64,000 nucleotides of DNA, taken from assembly GCA_903848465.1 (NCBI GenBank), contig CAINGK010000128.1, positions 6,270 to 70,269 on the forward strand, written 5' to 3'. The notes under the pieces are model-generated. The model worked only from the letters and a program-made list of their open reading frames with translations. It was not told the origin of the DNA and did no database searches. The position numbers and the translations under genes were made by a program. How positions within the stretch are numbered: the first letter of the stretch is position 1; every line of letters starts with the position of its first letter. This DNA comes from an uncultured Verrucomicrobiota bacterium (lineage in GTDB: Bacteria > Verrucomicrobiota > Verrucomicrobiia > Verrucomicrobiales > Verrucomicrobiaceae). Below, piece after piece: positions 1 through 8,412 of this stretch.

Positions 1-1324
1 CATGGGCATCAACAAGCCAGACGTGCGCTATGTCATCCATGGCGATCTGCCGAAGAACATTGAGGGCTACTACCAAGAGACAGGCCGTGCGGGCCGCGAC
101 AGCCTGCCGAGCGAGTGCGTGCTGCTTTACTCGCGTGGCGATCTGGTGCGGAACCTGAAGTTCCTCGATGAAATGACTGATGCACAGGCTGCGGAAGTAG
201 CCGCGCAGCAGATGCGCCTGATGGCGGATTTTGCCGAAGGCACTGAGTGCCGCCGAGTGGCGCTGCTGGACTATTTCGGAGAGCAGTGGCCGGGTGACAA
301 CTGCGGCGGTTGCGACATCTGCTTGCAACCGCGTGAGATTTGGGATGCCACCACGCAGACCCAAAAGCTACTGAGCTGCATCTTCCGCATCCGGCAGAAG
401 AGCGGCTTCAGCACCGGACTGAACCATGTCGTGGAAGTACTCGCCGGCGCGAACACGGAGAAGATCCGCAAATGGTATCATGATCAGCTCAGCACCTACG
501 GCATCGGCAAAGACACGCCGCGTGAGGAATGGGCTGCGCTGGGGCGGCAGCTCATTCGCCTTGGGCACATTGAAGCCACGGCTGATTCATTTCAGACGCT
601 CAGCCTGTCCAAGAAGGGGCTGGCCACGCTGATGAATCGCACGCAGGTCATGCTCACACGTGTGCCTGTGGCGGTGAAGGCAGGAACGAGTACGGCGAAG
701 GTGGCCAAGGTGGGCAGCATTGCCTGTGATGAGGCGCTGTTCGAGGAACTGCGCGCGCTGCGCAAAAAGCTGGCTGATGAGCGCGAGGTGCCGCCGTACG
801 TCGTGTTTGGAGATACCAGTCTGCGCCACATGTGCCGTCAATACCCGCGCACAGAGCGCCATTTCCTAGCTATACCCGGTGTCGGTAGCCAGAAGCTTGC
901 TGACTACGGCGTGGCTTTCATGGGCGCGATCACGCAGTGGCTTGAAACGCATGAGGCGCAGACGTTTGCCGAAGAGGCCCCGCCGCCACCGCCACCGCCG
1001 CCCAAGATGAAGAGCGAGGGCGGGCTCACTGGCACGATGCTGGAAACGCTGCGCCTACACCGGCAAGGGCACAGCGCGGAAAAGATCGCCTCACTGCGCA
1101 GCCTCGCCAGCAGCACCATCCACAATCACCTTGCACAGGCCATTCAGCAGAACGAGCTGAAGGCCAACGCGCGCGACTACTTCACTGCCGAAGAGGAGGA
1201 CGAACTCCGCGCGGCAGCCGCTGAGCATGGCCTGGAAAGTCTTGGCAAGCTCAAGGAGGCGCTTGGAAACCGCTACGACTATCCGGTGCTGCATTACTTC
1301 CGCGCGTTTGAAACACGGAAGTAA
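1..1324 (+). CDS. recQ: ATP-dependent DNA helicase RecQ, C-terminal ~440 aa (5' end outside window)
   Basis: ORF is open to the window edge. Helicase motif VI YYQETGRAGRD. RecQ Zn-binding Cys cluster CRRVALLDYFGE...CGGCDIC. HRDC-like segment FEELRALRKKLADEREVPPYVVFGDTSL...IPGVGSQK. A P8 linker (980-1003) is followed by an extra HTH-like C-terminal segment. Confidence 0.9.
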   Translation, partial: MGINKPDVRYVIHGDLPKNIEGYYQETGRAGRDSLPSECVLLYSRGDLVRNLKFLDEMTDAQAAEVAAQQMRLMADFAEGTECRRVALLDYFGEQWPGDNCGGCDICLQPREIWDATTQTQKLLSCIFRIRQKSGFSTGLNHVVEVLAGANTEKIRKWYHDQLSTYGIGKDTPREEWAALGRQLIRLGHIEATADSFQTLSLSKKGLATLMNRTQVMLTRVPVAVKAGTSTAKVAKVGSIACDEALFEELRALRKKLADEREVPPYVVFGDTSLRHMCRQYPRTERHFLAIPGVGSQKLADYGVAFMGAITQWLETHEAQTFAEEAPPPPPPPPKMKSEGGLTGTMLETLRLHRQGHSAEKIASLRSLASSTIHNHLAQAIQQNELKANARDYFTAEEEDELRAAAAEHGLESLGKLKEALGNRYDYPVLHYFRAFETRK

Positions 1325-1391
1325 CATGGAGTACTCGTAAACCCACGATGCTGAAGAATTGCCGAAGAGAACCTAGAATCTCATATATCTT

Positions 1392-2168
1392 ATGAACACC
1401 TGCTGTTTCCTCATTCTCACCGCTGGTCTGGCATGCTCCGCCATCGCCCAGGAAGTGCTGCCGAAAGTGGCGGAGGGTTTTGAGATCGATGGACACAAAG
1501 CCTTTCTCTATGCCGCGCCCCAGCCTGCGGTGGGCAAGCCATGGCTGTGGTATGCGCCAACTTTGGGCGGCGTCTCGCTGTTTGGCCGGAAGATGTACTT
1601 CGAGGCTTTCATGAAGGCGGGCATCAGCATAGCGGGTTACGATTTGGGCGAGGTGCGCGGCTCGCCAGCGAGCACGGCGAAGTTTGCGCTTTTTTATGAG
1701 GCGATGGTGAAGCGGGGCTATTCGCCCAAGCCGATCCTGCTCGGGCAGAGCCGTGGCGGCATGATGACGCTGGCGTGGGCGTTTCGGAATCCTGACAAAG
1801 TGCGGGCGTGGGTGGGGATCTATCCGGTGTGCAATCTTGCGAGCTGGCCGCTGAAGAATTCCAAGGCGCAGACGCTCGCGGACTTTGCCATGACGGAGGA
1901 GGAGCTTGTGGCGAAGCTGAGAGAGTTCAATCCTGTGGACAACTTGAAGGGGCTTATCGAGAACAAAGTGCCGATGTTTGTGGTGCATGGTGACTCTGAT
2001 GTCGTGGTCCCTTATGAGGTGAACACGGGTCTGCTTAAAGATCGTTACACGGCAGGAGGCGGCCAGATCAGTGTGAAGGTCGTTCCTGGTGAAGGGCACA
2101 AGGTGGGGCCGTCTTTCTTTGAGTGTCAGGAACTGGTGGATTTTGTTTTGAAGAACGCCGCTCAATGA
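1392..2168 (+). CDS. secreted alpha/beta hydrolase (prolyl oligopeptidase / dienelactone hydrolase-like)
   Basis: ATG at 1392. Signal peptide MNTCCFLILTAGLACSAIA. Nucleophile-elbow-like GQSRGG. Acid and His regions HGDSDVVVP and GEGHK. Confidence 0.7.
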   Translation: MNTCCFLILTAGLACSAIAQEVLPKVAEGFEIDGHKAFLYAAPQPAVGKPWLWYAPTLGGVSLFGRKMYFEAFMKAGISIAGYDLGEVRGSPASTAKFALFYEAMVKRGYSPKPILLGQSRGGMMTLAWAFRNPDKVRAWVGIYPVCNLASWPLKNSKAQTLADFAMTEEELVAKLREFNPVDNLKGLIENKVPMFVVHGDSDVVVPYEVNTGLLKDRYTAGGGQISVKVVPGEGHKVGPSFFECQELVDFVLKNAAQ

Positions 2169-2968
2169 CAACCCGTTTTATCTCATTACTATTCTCCGCC
2201 ATGCACCGAGTCCTACTTTTCACCGCCGCCGTTTTTCTTGCGTTCTTTGTCCCCAAGGTTCAGGCGCAGCAAATCATTCTACTGAAACTTGATGATGTCA
2301 TCGCGCGGCGGGTGGGGGCGAAGCCGGTATCGGATCGGTGGCTGAAGGTACACGACTATCTGAAGACCAACCAGATCAAAGGTTCCTTTGGTATCATCAC
2401 GGAGTCATTGGAGAAGGATAACGCGATGTATTTTCAATGGCTTAAAGAGGTGCAGGCGGCAGGTTTGATCGAGTTCTGGATGCATGGCTATCACATGAAG
2501 AATGCCAGCGAACCGGGTGAGTTTGAACACGGGACGGCGGAAGAGCAGCGAGTGATTTTGGCGAAGGGGGAGAAGCTGGCGAAGGAGAAGCTGGGCTTCA
2601 CGCTGCCAGCGTTTGGTCCGCACTGGAGCGGGACCACTGAAGCCACGGATGAAGCGATGGAGAAGGTGCCGGAAGTGACCATCTGGCTGTATGGGCCGGA
2701 GAAGCCGAAGTATTTCACGCGACTGAGCATCCCGCGCGTGATGGCGCTGGAGAATCCGACGTTTGTGCCCGACTTGGAAAAGTTCAAAGCCTTCTACGAA
2801 GCGAAGGCCGCCAAGCGTGAGGTGCTGGTGCTTCAAGGTCACCCGGATCAATGGGACGACAAGCGCTGGGAGGGTTTTACCGGAATCATCGAGTTTCTCA
2901 AATCGAAGAACGTTGAGTTCATGACGCCCTCGGAGTATTTGAAAAAGACCCAGCCCAAACAGCCATGA
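2165..2968 (+). CDS. secreted NodB-fold / polysaccharide-deacetylase-like protein (DUF2334-like)
   Basis: Internal ATG at 2165 overlaps the upstream stop (ATGA) and precedes a signal peptide MTTRFISLLFSAMHRVLLFTAAVFLAFFVPKVQA. LKLDD and HGYHM resemble CE4 motifs 1 and 2. The family call is tentative. Confidence 0.45.
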   Translation: MTTRFISLLFSAMHRVLLFTAAVFLAFFVPKVQAQQIILLKLDDVIARRVGAKPVSDRWLKVHDYLKTNQIKGSFGIITESLEKDNAMYFQWLKEVQAAGLIEFWMHGYHMKNASEPGEFEHGTAEEQRVILAKGEKLAKEKLGFTLPAFGPHWSGTTEATDEAMEKVPEVTIWLYGPEKPKYFTRLSIPRVMALENPTFVPDLEKFKAFYEAKAAKREVLVLQGHPDQWDDKRWEGFTGIIEFLKSKNVEFMTPSEYLKKTQPKQP

Positions 2969-3825
2969 GATACCTTTCCCTGATTGCCGCGCTTGCGTTG
3001 ACCTCTGTTCATGCGGCTGAACCGCCGAAGCCGACGCATGGCGACGTGCCGTATGGTGTACATCCGCATCAATTGATCGACATTCACCTGCCGCCGAAGG
3101 GAGCTGGGCCATTTCCGGTGCTGATGTGGTATGGCGGTATTTGGAAAGCTTCAAAGCATGCGGTGGATGTGAACCGTTTTTTTCCGCACGGGATCGCGGT
3201 GATTGCGGTGGAGGTGCGGACGATGGAAGATGCGACGGCGGACAAGGTGAAAGAGCCGATTTCCTATGTGCTGGAGGATGCGATGAGCGCGGTGAAGTTT
3301 GTGTGCGAGAATGCGGCGAAGTTGAATCTCGATCCCAAGCACATTGCGCTGGGAGGGGGCTCGCAGGGGGCGCTGCCTGCGCTTTACGTCGGTTGCGTGG
3401 CTCCCGAACTGGTGACCTGCATTGCAGCGTACCGCTGCCAGCCGTCGATTGATCCAGAGCGGATGCAGGAGTGGGTGCCGGGTGTGAAGTGGGGCTCGCC
3501 TGCGCTGGGCTGTTCCTTTGAGGAATCATTGAAGCGGCGTGATGAACTGCTGCCGGTGATCAAGAAGTGGTCGCCTGACTGGCTGCTGCACAAGAATGCG
3601 ACGCCGATGTATTTTGAAAACGAGTGGGGGATGACGAAGCCGGATGACATCACCCAAAACAACTACGACGTGCATTCCCCTGCGTGGGCGGTCGGCTTTC
3701 AAAAGCTCGCGCTGGCGGCTGGGGCCACCTGCCATGTGAAGTATCCTGATCATCCGACCGAGGGCTATGCCGACATCTGGAATTTCATCATCCAACAACT
3801 GACCGCCAAAACACCTGCGCCATGA
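2965..3825 (+). CDS. secreted alpha/beta hydrolase (esterase/lipase-like)
   Basis: ATGA overlap with the upstream gene. Signal peptide MRYLSLIAALALTSVHA. GxSxG-type elbow GGGSQGA. Confidence 0.65.
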   Translation: MRYLSLIAALALTSVHAAEPPKPTHGDVPYGVHPHQLIDIHLPPKGAGPFPVLMWYGGIWKASKHAVDVNRFFPHGIAVIAVEVRTMEDATADKVKEPISYVLEDAMSAVKFVCENAAKLNLDPKHIALGGGSQGALPALYVGCVAPELVTCIAAYRCQPSIDPERMQEWVPGVKWGSPALGCSFEESLKRRDELLPVIKKWSPDWLLHKNATPMYFENEWGMTKPDDITQNNYDVHSPAWAVGFQKLALAAGATCHVKYPDHPTEGYADIWNFIIQQLTAKTPAP

Positions 3826-4265
3826 AAACACTGCTCACCACCCTGATCTGCCTCGTCAGCCTCGTCTCATTTGCGGAAGAAGCACAACTTGCCGCTGTGC
3901 AGGCGGCGGATGATGCGCGCGTCGCTGCGATGAAATCGCCGGACCGTGATAAGCTGAGCGCGATTTTCTCGGACGAGCTCCGCTATTGCCACTCCACTGG
4001 TGTGGTGGACACCAAGAGTTCGTTCATTGATGTGCTCATTAAAGGCACGACGAAGTATCAGGCGATCGACTATGTGGAGCGCAACTTCACTTTTCCGGCA
4101 CCGGGCATCGCGCTGATGACTGGTAGCGCGAAGCTGAAGATCGGCACTCCAACAGGCACCATCGAACCTACGCTGGCTTTTCTGGCGGTGTGGCGTCTGG
4201 AGAGCGGGCAGTGGCGCTTTCTGGCGTGGCAGTCGTGCAAGCTGGCAGCGCCACCTGCGAAGTAG
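3822..4265 (+). CDS. SnoaL-like / DUF4440 (NTF2-fold) secreted protein
   Basis: ATGA overlap with the upstream gene. Signal peptide present. DKLSAIFSDELRYCHSTG ... WRLESGQWRFLAWQS is typical of DUF4440-type NTF2-like domains. Confidence 0.55.
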   Translation: MKTLLTTLICLVSLVSFAEEAQLAAVQAADDARVAAMKSPDRDKLSAIFSDELRYCHSTGVVDTKSSFIDVLIKGTTKYQAIDYVERNFTFPAPGIALMTGSAKLKIGTPTGTIEPTLAFLAVWRLESGQWRFLAWQSCKLAAPPAK

Positions 4266-4487
4266 CATTCACGCATGAAGGCAAAGATCACTCTCGGCTT
4301 CCTCCTATAAGGGCTGCGGGTGGGTTTGCCGTTGAGCCGCACAAGGCTGCGCTGGGTCCCGGAACCTGCTGAAGCAGGTACTACAATACATGCGGTGTGG
4401 ACTGCGGTGTGAATGGCACGTGCCATGCGCTGAGAGACGGGCGGGCTGTCGCCACACCCATCCTACGTTCCGGATTGGGACAACGCT

Positions 4488-5996
4488 TTATTTCACGAAG
4501 TCGGTGAAGCCTGCCTCGGTGCGTTTGAGTTCGGCTTTCATGGCTGTGCGAAGCTGGGTGATGCGATCTGCGTGGGAGGCTTCGCCGATGAGGTTCTTCA
4601 ATTCTTCGGGGTCATTTTTCAGATCGTAGAGTTCTTCGCCGGACTTGCCGTCGAGGTAGTGGATGAGCTTGAACTGATCCTGAACGACGGCGCTGTACAA
4701 GGGCACGCCCTGATCATTCTTCTGCTCCGCGCCGGTGAGGATGGTGTGGCTGACTTTCGCGCCATACTCGTTGCCCATGTGCTCGTAGAAGCAGGCGTGC
4801 GGCCATGCGGTGCCGGGCTTTTCAAGCAGGGGCATGAGATCGCGGCCATGCGTCTGCCACGGCACTTTCACGCCGCTGATGGAGAGAAAGGTGGCGGCGA
4901 GATCGGGGGCGTTTACCGATGCGTTGCACACTTTGCCGGTGGGGAAGCGTGACGGCATGCTGATGATGAGGGGCGAGCGGTAGTTCGCGTCATACGGCGC
5001 CAGCTTGGTGCGGAAGCCGTGCTCGCCCATGGAGAAGCCCTGATCAGCGGTGTAGATGATGAGGGTGTTGTCGTACTGGCCGGATTCCTTGAGCGCGGCG
5101 ATGAGCTGGCCGACGCCTTCGTCGATGGCGGGCACGCATTCATTGACCTGACGCACCCAGTCGTCGAAGCGCTTGCCTTTTTTGCTCTCGCCAAAGGCTT
5201 CGCCGCCCTTTCCAGCCATGGGATGGCCGTCGGGGCCTTTCGTCCATGCCTGCTTTTTATTGAGGTAATCGGGTTTGCCTTCGCGAGGTGGGAAGATGTC
5301 TGCGGGCACCGGCACGGCGGCATCCTTGTAGCTGCCTTTGTGGCGTTTGGCCGGGGTGGAGGGACCGTGAACGCTGCCGTAGCAGACCCAGAGGTACCAG
5401 GGCTTTGCGGCATCGCGGTTTTTGCCACGAATGTAATCGAGCGACCACTGGGTGTAGTTGTCGGCGGGATAGCCTTCGATGGACTGCTCCTTGCCATCGA
5501 CGCTCATGATCTGCGTTTCGTAGTAAGCGCCGGCGTTTTCGGGATGCAGCGGGCGGTTCCAGACGATTTGATGATCCCAATCGCGGCCCCAGCCGGTGTC
5601 TGTGCCGGTGTGCCACTTGCCAATCTGCGCGGTGTGATAGCCCTGTTTGCGCATTTCTGCGGGGATGAAGGGGCACTGCTTCGGATCGTAGGTGCTGCCG
5701 GGGTATTTGCCTTCCATGGACATGGACTCGATGCCGTGTGGAAAACGCCCGGTCAGCATGGTGGCACGCGAGGGCATGCACCAGGAACCGAGATAGGCGG
5801 CATGAAAGCGCACGCCATTTTTTGCCAGTGCATCAATGTTCGGGGTCTTCACCCAGGGCCAGGAGCCGGGGTAACAGCCCACGGTTTTGGTGGACTGGTC
5901 ATCGGCGTAGATGAAGAGGATGTTGGGGCGCTTTGCCTCTGCCGCGAGAACTTGTAACGCGAAGGTGCAGAGGAGGAGAGAGACGAGTGCTTTCAT
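4488..5996 (-). CDS. Cys-type sulfatase (arylsulfatase A family)
   Basis: Formylglycine signature CMPSRATMLTGR. NILFIYADDQ metal-binding start. Signal peptide begins at the internal ATG (MKALVSLLLCTFALQVLAAEA). The ORF-track start at 6038 is an alternative. Confidence 0.85.
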   Translation of the reverse strand: MKALVSLLLCTFALQVLAAEAKRPNILFIYADDQSTKTVGCYPGSWPWVKTPNIDALAKNGVRFHAAYLGSWCMPSRATMLTGRFPHGIESMSMEGKYPGSTYDPKQCPFIPAEMRKQGYHTAQIGKWHTGTDTGWGRDWDHQIVWNRPLHPENAGAYYETQIMSVDGKEQSIEGYPADNYTQWSLDYIRGKNRDAAKPWYLWVCYGSVHGPSTPAKRHKGSYKDAAVPVPADIFPPREGKPDYLNKKQAWTKGPDGHPMAGKGGEAFGESKKGKRFDDWVRQVNECVPAIDEGVGQLIAALKESGQYDNTLIIYTADQGFSMGEHGFRTKLAPYDANYRSPLIISMPSRFPTGKVCNASVNAPDLAATFLSISGVKVPWQTHGRDLMPLLEKPGTAWPHACFYEHMGNEYGAKVSHTILTGAEQKNDQGVPLYSAVVQDQFKLIHYLDGKSGEELYDLKNDPEELKNLIGEASHADRITQLRTAMKAELKRTEAGFTDFVK

Positions 5997-5997
5997 G

Positions 5998-6041
5998 CTG
6001 CGCGATAAACGTCGCGCAGCAGGGCTTTGTAGCCGCAAAGC
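5998..6041 (-). terminator. two adjacent stem-loops between the NTPase gene stop and the sulfatase start
   Basis: Plus-strand CTGCGCGA-taaacg-TCGCGCAG (5998-6019, 8-bp stem) and GCTTTG-tagccg-CAAAGC (6024-6041, 6-bp stem). The first ends 2 nt before the sulfatase ATG. No clear U-tract, so the role (terminator, attenuator or 5'-UTR structure) is unresolved. Confidence 0.25.
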
Positions 6042-6052
6042 TTTTGAATCTT

Positions 6053-8368
6053 CTAGGCGGCGGTGCCTTGCGAAGGCGGCGGCAGCTTGGCCATGGGCGG
6101 ACGTGCTACACCTGTGGGCGGCTTCATCATGGGTGGTGCAGGCGGTTTCGCGAGGGGCTTTGAAACCGGTGCTGAAGGTGGTTTGGCGAGAGGTTTGGTC
6201 GTGCCCGGAAAAGGGGGCGGCGGCGGGGACTTGGCACTAGGCAGATCTGGCGGCGGCGCCACGGGCAAAGGAGGTGGATTCACGCCCGGTACCACTGGCG
6301 GCAGAACACCGGGGGCTAACGGCGGTTTGGCCACGGACGCCGTCGGCGGCCGGATGATCGACGAGAGCACGGAAGACTGCGGATGCGCGGGCGAAGCCTG
6401 CTTCGGCGCATGCACCTTTTGGATCATTTCCCACAGCCTGAGACCACGCAAAAGCGGGTGCGCCCGCAAAGCGGCGAGCACGTTGTCCTTCGTCGCTGGC
6501 GGCTCGCTGACGAGATGATCGTAGGAACCTTCGCGCTGAGCGGCGAGCATGCTGCCGACTGCTGCAAGAATGGCAGCTTCAGAAGCCGGGATGTGATGGA
6601 AGGTGTTTTTCGATTTGAAGCTGTTGAGGAGTTCCATCGTGAGCTGGCCGGAGACCGGAGCGATGTCATTGCGCAGCAGCAGCGTATCGCCAGGGGCTTC
6701 CTTGATGCGCTCCAGCACGGCGATGAGACTGCCACGCATGGCATTGCTGGTGACGATTCGCACCTTGCCGCCACCCCATTCAAACCAGCGGTCGGAACCG
6801 TCGAAGTTATCGTAGGTTTTGCGAATGTCACCTTCACTGACGGTGACTGGGGGTGCGACCATCAGCTCGATGAGATCGCGCGACCGTTCGCCGAGATCAA
6901 CGGCATTGAGCGAATTGGTATCGGCCTTGGCCGCAGCCACGGCCTGCTGCAGCAGCGCATCCACCTTCTCCGCCAAGCTTGCTTTGGAATTGGGGGCAGT
7001 CAGCGCGGTTGGGACTGGCAGCGGCGGTGCTGACTGCGTGCCAGTGGGCACTGGAATGACAGCGACTGTTGGCTGCTCTTTTGCCACTTCAGACACAGCG
7101 ACCGGTGCTGCTGGGGCAACTACTGGCGGCGATGCTGGCAACGGTGGCGGCACGGTCTTCGCGGCTACCACCGCGACGACTTCAGGTGGCAGCACTGCGG
7201 GTATGGTGCGCAGATCATACATCTCAGCAGCGGCAGCCAGCAGATGACGTGGGAAGATCGCGCCACCGGCGGTGAGCCGGGCCATATCCTCAACCTGCAG
7301 CGGATGGATGGCCGAAGTGATGCCGTCTTTCTGGCGCAGTTCGACGAGTGCAGGGATTTCGAGTCGGCAATTGAGCAAGAGGCGCTTCTGCTCGTTGGCG
7401 ATGGGCAGCATGTCGATGACCGGCAGGCGGAATCCCAGCGGGGCATTCGAGTCCGGCACACCGACACGCCCGCGCAAGGCCTGCGAGAGGGCCGCATCCC
7501 AGGCGGTGAAACGTTCAACGACGAGGCCAATCAGCACGACCCAGTTTTGACTTTGATCGATCAGCGCAAAGAGCAGCCGCTGCATCTCATCCAACTGTGG
7601 CTGAGTGACCGCGAGGTCGAGCTGGTCGAGAACTAAGACGACTGGCGAACCCGCCTGCGCGGCCAGTTTGCCAAAAAGCTGGATGACGCCCCCCATCTCT
7701 GAGCGAGCGAGTGGCTCATTGACACCGAGGAACTTGAGTTCGTTTTCCGTCAGGTAGGAAGCCCCTGAAAGCCACTGCGCAGCGAGATGTTCTTTGTCAT
7801 CACGCAGGACGTTGAGCAAGCAGCGCAGCACGCTGCGCGGCACCATCGGATGTTCGGCTTCCAGCAGTTGCACCGCCTGATGGATCATCTCCTTGCGGGT
7901 TTCGAGGTCGATCTCCGCCCAGGCCTCGTGGAGTTGCGGAAAGGTAAAATCCTGCTCTACCACCGGTTTGAGAAGCGCATACGCGAGCAGGCGCAGTTGG
8001 CTGTAGGGTGTCTCCCGGCCTTCTTTGCTGCGTGATGGATGCCGCAGACTGCCGACGAACCGTGTGAGGATGAAGTTTTCCAATGCCTCGGGCTGGAGCG
8101 GCGGATTCGGCGCATAGGCATAAAAGATGCTGTCCGCGCACTCACGCCGTAGCCGCGAAAAGAGATGCGATTTGCCCGATCCACCCGCGCCCCGCACAAA
8201 ACGCACCTGGCTGCGGTGCTGAGCACGCACCTGATCCACCACGATACGCAGGGAACCAAACGGCACGGAGTGAATGTAGGGCACGTCCACGAACGAGGCG
8301 GCGTTCCACAGATCATTCTCACCCACACTCGTGGATGTGAAGGGATTCAGGTCAGCATAAGAAGACAT
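6053..8368 (-). CDS. P-loop NTPase of unassigned family with Pro-rich linker and polyproline C-terminal tail
   Basis: Walker A GAGGSGKS at 8168-8191. Walker-B-like VVLVLDQLD at ~7616-7642. Pro/Ala/Val-rich linker at ~6992-7201. Proline tail at ~6056-6349 with KPLAKPP x2 and PPPPPFP. The start is taken at M22 (MSSYADLNPF); the ORF-track start at 8431 is an alternative. Confidence 0.6.
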   Translation of the reverse strand: MSSYADLNPFTSTSVGENDLWNAASFVDVPYIHSVPFGSLRIVVDQVRAQHRSQVRFVRGAGGSGKSHLFSRLRRECADSIFYAYAPNPPLQPEALENFILTRFVGSLRHPSRSKEGRETPYSQLRLLAYALLKPVVEQDFTFPQLHEAWAEIDLETRKEMIHQAVQLLEAEHPMVPRSVLRCLLNVLRDDKEHLAAQWLSGASYLTENELKFLGVNEPLARSEMGGVIQLFGKLAAQAGSPVVLVLDQLDLAVTQPQLDEMQRLLFALIDQSQNWVVLIGLVVERFTAWDAALSQALRGRVGVPDSNAPLGFRLPVIDMLPIANEQKRLLLNCRLEIPALVELRQKDGITSAIHPLQVEDMARLTAGGAIFPRHLLAAAAEMYDLRTIPAVLPPEVVAVVAAKTVPPPLPASPPVVAPAAPVAVSEVAKEQPTVAVIPVPTGTQSAPPLPVPTALTAPNSKASLAEKVDALLQQAVAAAKADTNSLNAVDLGERSRDLIELMVAPPVTVSEGDIRKTYDNFDGSDRWFEWGGGKVRIVTSNAMRGSLIAVLERIKEAPGDTLLLRNDIAPVSGQLTMELLNSFKSKNTFHHIPASEAAILAAVGSMLAAQREGSYDHLVSEPPATKDNVLAALRAHPLLRGLRLWEMIQKVHAPKQASPAHPQSSVLSSIIRPPTASVAKPPLAPGVLPPVVPGVNPPPLPVAPPPDLPSAKSPPPPPFPGTTKPLAKPPSAPVSKPLAKPPAPPMMKPPTGVARPPMAKLPPPSQGTAA

Positions 8369-8412
8369 GGTCTTGGGAATCTGTTCAGTGTTCGGGAGGA
8401 AGGAGCGCTGGA

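Noticed and set aside
1251-3529. Minus-strand ORFs 1251-2171 (306 aa) and 2405-3529 (374 aa)
   Set aside because: They are Arg/His/Pro/Ser-rich antisense shadows of the ATGA-coupled hydrolase operon.
6056-6349. Calling the proline tail a formin FH1- or WASP-like eukaryotic module
   Set aside because: This rests on compositional resemblance only. No FH2, WH2 or other actin-related domain is visible in the protein, so a homology claim is not justified.
6063-6518. Gly-rich plus-strand ORF (151 aa)
   Set aside because: It is the reverse-complement reading of the polyproline tail (CCN codons give GGN) and is not an independent gene.
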